Shown: in pieces, positions 44,189 through 53,880 of the stretch
Layout: the number at the start of each line of letters is the position of its first letter
Numbering within the stretch: position 1 is the stretch's first letter
NCBI GenBank assembly: GCA_964019335.1
Contig: OZ025741.1
Coordinates: forward strand, 186,001 to 250,000
Length of the DNA: 64,000 nucleotides
Source: Diplonema japonicum
Lineage: Eukaryota > Protista > Euglenozoa: Diplonemea
Reading direction: 5' to 3'
Program-made: the position numbers and the translations under genes
Notes under the pieces: generated by a model
Database searches by the model: none
Told to the model about the DNA's origin: nothing
Seen by the model: the letters and a program-made list of their open reading frames with translations, nothing else

Positions 44189-45322
44189 TTATTTAAGAAT
44201 CCTCTCCAGCCTTTCAATGGTGTGCTGTGTCTCGCCTTCCTCGGCCCGTCCTATACACCTGCATATAACGCGGTGGTACGATTTCTTCTGCTCCTCTGTT
44301 TTTAAGTACACTATCGCAGCCACCTTCATCCGAAGATCCTGCAGTTTATCTGCCTCCCAAGAGATGCATTTAAGATGTTCCGGTAGATGTTTAAAACCCG
44401 CGACGTACGTGTTAAACACATCGTGCCACCGTTGCGAAGACGTCACTGCGTAAAGGTACGCAGCCACGCACGACTGTTGGAGAAGAAGCCTGGCGTCCGT
44501 GACAGGCGACGCCCCTGACACCTTCAAGCCCCACACCATCTCCTTTTGCGTTCCGAAGGATATTAAAAACTCAAGAAGCGCCGTGACGTCCGCACAGCTC
44601 GTCTTCACATTATTGTCGTGAACCCATTTCCACAAAGCCCACCCTTCAACCGGAAGATCTTGTCTGCGGGAGATGCACAGAAGGCCAGCGATGGCTTCTG
44701 TTGCATATCCAATCTCCCTCACAAGGGACCAACTACGGTTTTCCGCAAGCGATAAAAGGTAGCCCGGTTTCGCTGCGTGGCAGGGGTTTGTTCTCCACAA
44801 CTCGTCTGCCCATGTGACGTCATGGCGTGCTGACTTCATCGCGCTGCCGACGCATGTTGGGAGACAACGTATTTCTTTTGGTATTTTCCTCCAGGTGGCT
44901 TTCACTGTGTGCAGAGGGACGTGGCATCTTGCTAGCGATGTGAGTACGATGCTGGAAAGGACTGGTGTCCAGAGGATGTCGTCTGCGTGGTTGTTTAGAT
45001 AGGTAGTGAGGGTTTTGCTAGCGTTGTTTCGCGGTCCTGCCAGCTCGCCCAGCCTCTGCAGGACGCACCCGACCACGGTCATGTCGTCGGAGTGCTCGGT
45101 ACTCGTTGCAATTTCCCATAGCGTTTTGAAATCCTTGCAGGTGGATACCTGTGTCCTCGCCATCTTCCCCGACTTCGTTCCCGGACTCTTTGTTCTGCTC
45201 CTCACCCCGCTGTGTGCGTCCCCTACCACGCTTCCCTTTTTCCATAACAGTCTGGACCCATTCTCGTATTTGCTGTGCAGGTGCCGTGCCCGGGTGAGTT
45301 TGATTAATCTGCCTTGAAGCAT
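44189..45322 (-). CDS. Hypothetical helical-repeat protein, possibly mitochondrial (377 aa)
   Basis: Basic presequence-like N-terminus MLQGRLIKLTRARHLHSK and a helical PPR-like pattern; family not established. Confidence 0.75.
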   Translation of the reverse strand: MLQGRLIKLTRARHLHSKYENGSRLLWKKGSVVGDAHSGVRSRTKSPGTKSGKMARTQVSTCKDFKTLWEIATSTEHSDDMTVVGCVLQRLGELAGPRNNASKTLTTYLNNHADDILWTPVLSSIVLTSLARCHVPLHTVKATWRKIPKEIRCLPTCVGSAMKSARHDVTWADELWRTNPCHAAKPGYLLSLAENRSWSLVREIGYATEAIAGLLCISRRQDLPVEGWALWKWVHDNNVKTSCADVTALLEFLISFGTQKEMVWGLKVSGASPVTDARLLLQQSCVAAYLYAVTSSQRWHDVFNTYVAGFKHLPEHLKCISWEADKLQDLRMKVAAIVYLKTEEQKKSYHRVICRCIGRAEEGETQHTIERLERILK

Positions 45323-45456
45323 CCAGGCTTTTTTTTATTGTTTTGTATTGTCATTAAGAAAGAAAAAAAGTGTGTGTGTGCATCAATAGTGAGAACTACA
45401 CTTTTTCTTTCTTTTTTTTTTTTTTTTTTGTGGTTTTTTTTTTTTTTCATCCCCTT

Positions 45457-46101
45457 CTAAAGTTCGGCTTCCTCGTCACTACTTCCCGTTTCAAAAGGCT
45501 TCACGTTGTAGGTGTAACATTCCTCGCAGTAATGTCTGGTATATATGTATATATATTCGTTTTCTTCCCCCTCCCGAGCACAATACCTATAATCGATGGT
45601 GACCTCGGTCCCTACTGGTATAGATTCGGTGGCTATGTAGTTTCCGTTTGCCCTGTTGTATACAATATTGGGCGTGTTGGCGTTGTGGTTGAGGTAGTGG
45701 ACCCACATAGTGTTCCGCTTCGGGTTGTAGCCGTGGGCGGACGTGTGCGGGAGGTAAGCGTGTGTCCCGTTGGTGGCCCACTGCCACCGCATGATTTCAG
45801 CTTGTTTTTTTGGGAGCAGCGCGTCAATAGCCTTGTAGGAGACCCAGGTCATGGGCATGTCCTTGTAGTCAAAATGCATCACTACATCGCCCTCTGAAAA
45901 GCTGTAAGACGCGAATAATCCCACACCATGAACGGAGGACTGGGCCACGTGCAGCCTTGAAGGAAACAACACCTCAAGCGCCTGCCACTCCTCGTCGCTC
46001 AACCCTTCCGGCCGTTCCGGATATTTCACGTGTCTCCCCACCCTCTCCCTTGCCCCCGCCACGACAGACAGCATCAACACAATACATATTTTTGAATACA
46101 T
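45457..46101 (-). CDS. Small SET-domain methyltransferase with predicted signal peptide (214 aa)
   Basis: QSSVHGVGLFA, YLNH...PN, IPVGTEVTIDY and downstream Cys residues; N-terminus MYSKICIVLMLSVVAGA. Confidence 0.88.
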   Translation of the reverse strand: MYSKICIVLMLSVVAGARERVGRHVKYPERPEGLSDEEWQALEVLFPSRLHVAQSSVHGVGLFASYSFSEGDVVMHFDYKDMPMTWVSYKAIDALLPKKQAEIMRWQWATNGTHAYLPHTSAHGYNPKRNTMWVHYLNHNANTPNIVYNRANGNYIATESIPVGTEVTIDYRYCAREGEENEYIYIYTRHYCEECYTYNVKPFETGSSDEEAEL

Positions 46102-46255
46102 GTCTTTTTTGTTTTTGTTTTTGTTTTTGTTTTTGTTTTTTTGTGTTGTTTCCAATTTAAAAGTAAATATATAAATGAAGAAATAATATGAGAGTATCTT
46201 CCTTGGAAAAGAAAGCCTTTTGTTTTGTTTTGTTTTATGGGATTTTTTCTTTTAT

Positions 46256-49153
46256 TCACAATCGCTTCAGGTTGTTCCTGCAGAGCTTCCCCCGCACCAC
46301 GCGCTGCACAGTGACCGCTGCGTCGTGAGCTACGTCATCTTGTTGGTGTGCTTGGCGTGCGTCCTCAAGGAACGCGCGGTGACGTCGCGAAGCCGAGGTG
46401 CGTGACATGCCTTGTATGACAGCGGCGGCCTCGTTCTGCTGTACATCGAGTTTCCTTTCTTGCTGAACATCTGCGAGGGCACTGAAGCACATGACTAACG
46501 TTTTTCTTGCGGAGTATCCCTTGAAGATTGCCTGTATTTTGCTGGCCGCTTCGCCCCGTTCCCAATCCTCCTCATAAGGCCCGTAACGTGTTGCTGTGTC
46601 CAACTGTCGCTGCAGTTCTGTGATCAGCTTTGTGTGGTCGCTGAGCAGCTCGCTCAGCTCGTCGATCTGCCTGCTCTGCAGCTCCTTCTCATCATTCAGC
46701 ACGCTCAGCTCCTTCTGTTTGATCTCTTCGGCCTGTTGGGCCCTTTCGTGCTCCCTGTCCTTGTGGAACACCTTTTCGTCTTCCATTTGCTTCTGCAAAT
46801 ACGTGACTCTGTATTCCAAATCGGCCAGTTTGTCATCAGGGTTCACGCCGGACACGCTTTGCTGGGGCTCCCCTTCCCTTGGAGGGATTTGAACCGGGTT
46901 GATTTGCTGTTGCTGTTGCGGTTGTTGTTGTTGTTGTTGTTGCAGTTGCTGTTCTTCGTGTTCGACAACCTTGAGGGAGTCGATTTCTTGTCTGATTTCT
47001 TCTCTAACTGCGGCCTCTTCTGTCAGGTTTTCCGCTGCTTCTAGCTGTTTTAAGAGGTCGCGTGCTTTGGCCTGCCGTGCCTGTCGGATCTCTTCCCTGC
47101 GTGCTTGAACGGTATTCATGGCTTCCTTCTGTCTGTACGCGGCTTGGGAGGTGAGGATGGCTGTTTCCAAGTTAACCTCATCAGCGTGGGCTTTGGAGAT
47201 GGTGGCTCGCTTTTCTTCGGCTTGTTTCTTAGCAGAGCGGATTTTATGGAGACCTTGGATGACGGTGGCGGCGGAGTTTTGATGAGCAGCATCCTCGAGC
47301 TCACGCTGTGCTTGTAAAGCGCTTTCTTTTTCGAGTTCGATGGCAGCTTTGCGGAGCATCGCTGTGCTTTCCGTAGCTCGGCGTTTTGCGGCAGAAGCGT
47401 CGATCAGCCTGCACTCCTCCATGCGAATGGTGCTTTCCAGCTCAGCTTGCTGTTCGATGGCTTTCTTCTCTTTGATTTCAGCGTCCTGCGCTTGCAACTT
47501 CAACAGTTTTTGTCTGCATTTCACGTTCGCGTCGTGCACTTCGTCAGTTTCCCGCTGTGCCTCACGCATGTCCCGTTCGTACTTCATGGCGTCTGCGTCT
47601 TTACGCCTCTCTTTGGCTGCGGTTTCCTCATGGCGACGGTCTTCTTCAAACTGGCGTTCTTCTTCGTCTCTGGCTTGTTTTGCTTTGTCTTTTAAGGCTA
47701 AGCCTTGCTGGTGGTGGTACATCTGTTCTTCACGTAGAAGTCGCAAGCGTTTTCTGCTCTCTTCGATGTCGTCAGCCGCCATTTGTGTGTAGATGCCTGC
47801 CATCTCTGTGGAGTACTTAATGATATCATCGATGGGTACGTCGCTGAAGGAACGCTGCTGTTTGAGGAGCTCCTGGATGGGCTGCGTCATCTCTGCGTTG
47901 TAGCTTGTATTGGGGTTGTGGTTCGCGCTTCCAATAGTTTCCAGCTCCTTTTGGAATCTTTCAGACTCGTATCGTAGCTCTTCTTCGAAAAGCCGTTGCT
48001 GTTCTTCCCGAAGCGTACGCAGGTCCAGCGGGGCTGGTACATCTTGTTTCTCCGCTGGTAGGTCGGTGTATTCCTCTTCTACGGTCGCCACGCCGAGCAA
48101 AGCCATTCGTTCTTGAAGAGAGGATTGCTCCGAGCGGCTTTCTTTTATTTGCTTCACGCGTTTTGCGTCCTGCTCCTCGGCGATTTCCTTTTGACGTATT
48201 TGCCTTGCGAGGAGGTATTCTTGACAGTCGATCCCTGCCGCGTGTGATTCCATGACCATGCTCTGTGTCTGTTCGTCGCTGAGAACCTGCCGTTCGCGCT
48301 GTTTCTTGAAGGTTTCTTCCTGTGTTTTGGTACACTCTGCAGCGGCTTCTTTGCGGGTTTGGGTCATCGCTTCTTGTTTGAGGTTGCTTAGCAAGTCTTC
48401 TCTTTCTAGGAGACGCAGTTCGTCCTGCAGTACAACGAGATCGCTTTTTGTTTCGCTCAGTTTGTCAGCGACCTCTGCTTTCATTGCCGCGCGGTGCTTC
48501 TCATCGTTTTTCTCTTGGACCTCTCTTGCCTTTTGCTTTCTGAAGGACTCTTGACGGGCGAAATCTGCTGCAATAGCTGAGCGTTGTTCCCAGTCGGCAC
48601 TGCTGAGGTCGCTGAGCTCCTTCTTCATGGTCTCTAAGCATGCGGCCAGTTTGTGTCTCGACTCTGCGGTTGCAGCGTCCAAGATGAATTTGTCCTTAAT
48701 TGCGTTGTCTTCCAGTTCCTTTTGTTTCTTTGCAAAAGCCGCTTCTTTTTGAGCCCACGTGGCGCCTACGGTGAGATCCCATTGAGCTTGTTGGTGTTCT
48801 TTTTCTTTCTTTAGCTTCTCCGCCTCTTGTAGCCTCGCCTCTTCCCTCATTTTCTTCAGCCTGTCTTTTCTCTGTTCCTCCTGAACTTTGCGTAGCTCGA
48901 TCAGGTCGCGGATCTTAATCTCTTCCTCCTGCTGGGCAGCCCTGCGTCTCTGTTGTTCCGCCTTGTCGGCTTCTAGTTTTTTCGCCACCTTTATTCTTTC
49001 CTCCTCTTCCTCTAGCTGGGCAAGCTCCGTTTTAAGTATCTCGATCTCTTGGACTAGTTTTTTAGAGGTGTCGCCTTTGACCTTATTACCCCGTTCAAAG
49101 CCAGGTCTTGGCCCTAAAAGACCTCCCAGGCCAGGTGCCGCTATTTCACACAT
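46256..49153 (-). CDS. Long coiled-coil protein with IQ (calmodulin-binding) motifs (965 aa)
   Basis: AATVIQGLHK, AASKIQAIFKGYSARK, AAAVIQGMSR and AAVTVQRVVRGKLCR; E/K/Q/R-rich. Confidence 0.88.
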   Translation of the reverse strand: MCEIAAPGLGGLLGPRPGFERGNKVKGDTSKKLVQEIEILKTELAQLEEEEERIKVAKKLEADKAEQQRRRAAQQEEEIKIRDLIELRKVQEEQRKDRLKKMREEARLQEAEKLKKEKEHQQAQWDLTVGATWAQKEAAFAKKQKELEDNAIKDKFILDAATAESRHKLAACLETMKKELSDLSSADWEQRSAIAADFARQESFRKQKAREVQEKNDEKHRAAMKAEVADKLSETKSDLVVLQDELRLLEREDLLSNLKQEAMTQTRKEAAAECTKTQEETFKKQRERQVLSDEQTQSMVMESHAAGIDCQEYLLARQIRQKEIAEEQDAKRVKQIKESRSEQSSLQERMALLGVATVEEEYTDLPAEKQDVPAPLDLRTLREEQQRLFEEELRYESERFQKELETIGSANHNPNTSYNAEMTQPIQELLKQQRSFSDVPIDDIIKYSTEMAGIYTQMAADDIEESRKRLRLLREEQMYHHQQGLALKDKAKQARDEEERQFEEDRRHEETAAKERRKDADAMKYERDMREAQRETDEVHDANVKCRQKLLKLQAQDAEIKEKKAIEQQAELESTIRMEECRLIDASAAKRRATESTAMLRKAAIELEKESALQAQRELEDAAHQNSAATVIQGLHKIRSAKKQAEEKRATISKAHADEVNLETAILTSQAAYRQKEAMNTVQARREEIRQARQAKARDLLKQLEAAENLTEEAAVREEIRQEIDSLKVVEHEEQQLQQQQQQQPQQQQQINPVQIPPREGEPQQSVSGVNPDDKLADLEYRVTYLQKQMEDEKVFHKDREHERAQQAEEIKQKELSVLNDEKELQSRQIDELSELLSDHTKLITELQRQLDTATRYGPYEEDWERGEAASKIQAIFKGYSARKTLVMCFSALADVQQERKLDVQQNEAAAVIQGMSRTSASRRHRAFLEDARQAHQQDDVAHDAAVTVQRVVRGKLCRNNLKRL

Positions 49154-49695
49154 TTCTGTTTTGTTTATTTCCCCCCCCCCTCTTTAATACTTCTTTCACT
49201 ACCGGTACGAATTAGGGGGGGGGGGGGGGGACAAAGAGGGGAAAATACAAGAAGGATCACAAAGGAGTAGGAACGGGAGGGTGCAAAAAAAGGTGGAACT
49301 AGAAAAAGAGGAGGAGGGGGGAGAATACACTCGATCTATTTCTGGGTATACGTGCCCTGTCACCATTCTGCGGTCGGTGGTTGCCTGTCTGGCAAGGAGG
49401 GCAACCTACAGATCCTTGGGATCAGGTGCATCGGGTCCAAGCACGGAGAGGTGGACGAGTAAAACAAGGGCTATCTATTGCCGTAGCCCGATGTATCGCT
49501 GGTGCGCCCAGGTTCATCAAGGGAAGAAAAAAAAGAAGAAGAAAAAAAAACTACAAAGGTTGGTGGATATGGATACAAAAAAAAAAAAATGGGGAGGGGG
49601 GAAAAATATAACAAAGGATCAAAAAAAAATATAACAACAACAGAGAGAGGCAAAAAAAAAAAAATCTACTTTTTTTTTTTTTTTTCTTCAAAATT

Positions 49696-51000
49696 TCACT
49701 TACGAGGGTACGTAAAAGGAGACGAGGCGGCGGCCCCGACGTCGTACTTCGCCGGGGAGACTTTACTGTTGGCGTAGTGCACGGGGGAAGGGTGGTAAGG
49801 CGACCCCGCGGCCATCTCTTCTAACTGCTTGGCCCGGAACCTATCAGCATCAGGCGTTGAAGGATGCGGGTTATAAATAGACCCAACAGGTGACACTGCA
49901 GGCTGCATGGACATATTATCCACCCTCATAGGGCTCACAGGTGACTGCTGCGCATGGTGCAAATCAAGCAGCGTCCTAGACTTAGGAACAGGCGGCACCC
50001 CTTCAGGGTACATCCCATCCGAGGGCACATTTCGTACAGGAGATACCGCCCGCGTCGCAGGCGGCGCAACGACGACACCATTCGTCCCCGACATCGAAAA
50101 CGCTTGCGATTTCGAACTAGCATTATAATCAACAGTTGGCTTTCTAATCACAAGCCTGTAAGGGTCACCATAAACAGGATCAAGCCATTTCACATAAGCA
50201 TGCTTTGTTTTGTATGTACTCAACCCTTCATTGCAGGACAGTGCTTGGTACATTGCTGCGGCTACGCGTTGCTGTCTGTTGGTAGTGCGTGCTCGAATGG
50301 CGTAATCGACAGTGATGTCCCATTCTGCGTTGACTAACTTTGGGTCTTCTGGAACCCATTCACCCGATTGAATCTCTTGAGGAGTTCCCTCGTCGTATTG
50401 AAGGACAACTGTTTTAACAGCGCCGGGTGAGACACGTAGCACCACGTCGTCCTTTCTGACACCGTTGCCCACCTCTGAGATGATGTCGTCCTTTAAGGCG
50501 TCGATGAACTTCTCCGCGTAGTGTGGTTTCTCTTTGCGGTGTGCTTCATAGGTTGAATAGTTGACGTTTTCTATGCAGAAGTTCCCCCTTACCACGGGGG
50601 CCGTGGCGTCGAATTCGGGCGTAGCTACTTGGCCTAGCTGTAGGCGGTCCTCGGGGGCCTTATCGTAGGAGTCGTATTTCCCTATTGTCATGTGTGTTGG
50701 GGGTGCGGGTGCCTGGGTTTTCGGTGTTCCTGCGTTGTTGTTGTTGGTTCGTTTTGGAGACGGGGTTCGGGAGTCGCCGCTCTCTCCTCTTCTTCTCCGT
50801 CTTCTTGAAGTCTCTCCTCCGTCCCTTCTTCTTCTGTCTCGGGACCTAGATCTGGACCGCGACCTCGAGCGTTCCCTTCTCGATCGTTCCCTGTCTCTGG
50901 GTGGTCCGGTTGTAGGTGCGGACTTTACATCTGTTACCACTGATGGTCGGTCCACAGGTGATTTTGTTGAATTCGGGTAATTCGGGTATCTTGAAGACAT
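49696..51000 (-). CDS. Hypothetical protein with RS-rich N-terminus and a central globular domain (434 aa)
   Basis: Start MSSRYPNY after an A-rich leader; RSRSRSR tract; central alpha/beta segment; SP-rich tail. Confidence 0.8.
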   Translation of the reverse strand: MSSRYPNYPNSTKSPVDRPSVVTDVKSAPTTGPPRDRERSRRERSRSRSRSRSRDRRRRDGGETSRRRRRRGESGDSRTPSPKRTNNNNAGTPKTQAPAPPTHMTIGKYDSYDKAPEDRLQLGQVATPEFDATAPVVRGNFCIENVNYSTYEAHRKEKPHYAEKFIDALKDDIISEVGNGVRKDDVVLRVSPGAVKTVVLQYDEGTPQEIQSGEWVPEDPKLVNAEWDITVDYAIRARTTNRQQRVAAAMYQALSCNEGLSTYKTKHAYVKWLDPVYGDPYRLVIRKPTVDYNASSKSQAFSMSGTNGVVVAPPATRAVSPVRNVPSDGMYPEGVPPVPKSRTLLDLHHAQQSPVSPMRVDNMSMQPAVSPVGSIYNPHPSTPDADRFRAKQLEEMAAGSPYHPSPVHYANSKVSPAKYDVGAAASSPFTYPRK

Positions 51001-51344
51001 TTGTTTTGTTTTTTTTTTTTCTTTCTTTCTTTCTTTTCCCCTCCCTCTCCTCCCACCTTCCTTTTTTTGTCCTCTTTTGAAGCCCTGTGGGTCCCGTGGA
51101 AAGTTAAGTGGGTAAAAAAGAAAGCTTCTTTGTTTGATGTAATGGGATAAGGGACTCTCCGTTGAGGGCGATGCTAACTGGCCACATGTTGGGTGGGCTC
51201 TCCACCCCCGTCCAGGTTTCCCTTTCCCACGTGTACGGCTTAAGAACGAGAGTTTCCCTTTCCTAACCACCACAGGGATGTACCAAAAGAAAATAAATCG
51301 AGTTTATTTTTTCTAAAAAAAAAAATAGCAAAAGCGAAAGAGCA

Positions 51345-51389
<45 letters not shown>

Positions 51390-51503
51390 AGCAGAATTTT
51401 TTCTCTCTCTCTTCTTTTTTTTTTTTTTTTTTTTTTTTGAACCATAAGAGAAAGGGAAGAAAGAAAAAAAAAAAGAAAAAAAAAAGGGAGAGAAAAAAAA
51501 AAA

Positions 51504-52000
51504 CTCAAAGTACAGGACAAGCCCCCCGCTAGAGGGCCGCCTATGGGAGGGGGGTCTATCTGTTAATACACCCCTTCTGGAGCATTGCTTTCATCCCGAT
51601 TGAAGCCGTGAGCGTCTTGCGGCGTCGTGTGATGCGGTCCCGCTTGTAGTCGGCTTTCAACTCCATTAGCTTGTCGTGCGTGGAGCGGGTGGCGAAAATA
51701 GGCCTCCTGGAGAAACCAATAGCTGCCTTTCCTCCAATGGCGATGAGGGACTTCACTCTTTTTCTCTCGTCCGCTGGGAAGGGGCGTCGCTTCTTCCGTG
51801 CCCTGCATGCTGTGTCTATCTTTACGATGAGAGCTTTGATTCTGCGCGCCCTATCTTCCAGCAGGCCTCCCAAAGACTTTCCGGTCGTCCATTCGAAGTC
51901 AATGGCCAGTTCCACCGCCGACACCTCCGAGGTGGTGTCCTTCTCCACCCAGCGCAGTTGTGCCAACCATTGTAGCAGCGGGTTCAGGTACTGGGACAGG
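51504..52000 (-). mobile_element. 3' fragment of a second, diverged LINE family
   Basis: LLQWLAQLRW...SAVELAIDFEWTTGKSL...GFSRRPIF aligns with the C-terminus of the 28702-31959 ORF (VLRWLKSLRW...TMELAVDYEQATRQSL...GYDRRPLF). Confidence 0.85.
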
Positions 52001-52088
52001 AAAAAAATGACTCTTTTTTTTTTGGAGAGGGAAGGAAAAAAAAAAAAAAAAAAAAAAAAAAACACTTTGTGAAAAAAAAAAAACTAAT

Positions 52089-53038
52089 CTAAAGAAAGTA
52101 CTCAAGGGCAGGTTTCTTGGCTGGAATACCTCGGGTCTGTAGGATTTATATTGCGGGGAATAAATAAAAAAAAAAAAAAAAAAAAGAGGAACTGGCCGTT
52201 GTTTGTACGTGCTGGCACGTACAAATAACGCCAGTTCCCCTTTTGTTTAGACAAGTCAAAGACTCGTTCTTGCACAGAAAAAAAAAAAAGAAAAAAAAAA
52301 AAAAAAAACACACCTCTTGAGGCGCAGCGTCGACAATTTGGTAAGTCTTGTTCAGTTTTTCGTCAAATTTCAGGATGGACGCGACATTGCCGCATCGATA
52401 GCAGTAGTTGGGGGCCGACCACACTGTGATGCAGGTGTCGTCAAACATTGACTTGTAGCCCTCCATGACCAGCTGATGAGCGCGGGCAATGAGAGAGATG
52501 TTATTTTCCTGGTTGAACTTTTGAACCACGTCACCACCAAAGATGTAGCCAGCCCCTCGGGGGGAGAGGCCCCAACCTTCTATTTCTTCTGGGTCTGACC
52601 ACAAGAGGTCGCACATTGCACCATCGTGGGGGACCTCTTGCTTTCGGTCAATTGTTCGAATCTGGTCCAGAGCCGACACCGATGGGCTCAGCCCACCGTG
52701 CACGCAAAATACCTGGTTTTCAATCAACGCGCTCAGCGAAATATAATCAAAAACTTCTGTGAAATACCGCCACACATTAACGCTCCCGTACTTTCTTAAA
52801 CACTCTTCGTAAAATCCGTATACTTGTGTGATCTGGCGGCTCTCGTGGTTTCCCCTGATGAGGTGAACTCTGTCTGGGTACCTGATTTTCAGCGACAGCA
52901 GCAGCAAGAAAGTCTCGACGGAGTAGAACCCCCGGTCAACAAAGTCCCCCAGGAACAGGTAGTTGGTCTCCGGAGGCTGGCCCCCCCGCAGGAATATCTC
53001 TTTCAAATCGTAAAACTGCCCGTGGATATCACCACACA

Positions 53039-53081
<43 letters not shown>

Positions 53082-53156
53082 ACATACAGTTATCGGGGCG
53101 TATAATGTCTGTACATTGGACTCATCTGCTAATATTTCCCTTGCTTTATGGCATAT

Positions 53157-53192
<36 letters not shown>

Positions 53193-53277
53193 CTTTTCAA
53201 ACCTTCACCACCGCTTCGCTTACCATCTCACACTTTTGTAATTTTTCTATCACCGCATCTAAAGACGATAAAGGCAT
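52089..53277 (-). CDS. PPP4C: Ser/Thr protein phosphatase 4 catalytic subunit; exons 53277-53203, 53159-53088, 53039-52314, 52136-52089 (306 aa)
   Basis: GDIHG, GDFVDRG, RGNHE and SAPNYC motifs; the rebuilt C-terminus [16 protein letters not shown] is PP4-type; three phase-0 GT-AG introns. Confidence 0.95.
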
Positions 53278-53771
53278 TTTTTTTTTCTTTTTTTCTAATT
53301 TATTTTCCCCCTTTTCACCTCTCCCCTTCCCTCCTCCTTTTTTACTCACATTTTTTTTTGTCGGGCGGGGGGGGAAAAGGAAATAAAGATAATCAAAGGT
53401 CACGTTACCATCAGTGGCACATCCCAGTTCCAAGCAGCAGCCTACTTGAAGAGAGAGAGAGGGAGAAGAAGAGAAAAGGAAAAGAAAAAGAGGAACCGAC
53501 AGTTGTTTGGTACGAGCAGGGCAAGAAACCTAAAGCGGTTGTAACCCGTAAAACACGTTGCCAACAGTGTCCCCTTTCTTGTTCGCTTTTCGAAGAGGAA
53601 AAAAAGAAAAAAAGAAGGGGGGTGGGGGGTGGAGTAAAACAGCCGTGTGACATTTCCTAACAGATACAGCTCGCTTTTTCTTTCTTTTTTTTTTCTTTTC
53701 TCTTCTTTTTTTTTTTTTGTTCTTACGCTCATGGAAAGAAAAAAAAAGAAGGAAAAAAAACACAGGATTGG

Positions 53772-53811
<40 letters not shown>

Positions 53812-53880
53812 CGCGAGCTCATCTCAGTGTTTTGTGTTAACACGAAAAAAAAAAAAAAACAAGAGACAAAAGACTTTTTT

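Noticed and set aside
52146-52313. C-terminal extension of the PP4 ORF (VCFFFF...)
   Set aside because: Read-through into intron 3; the true last exon is 52136-52089.
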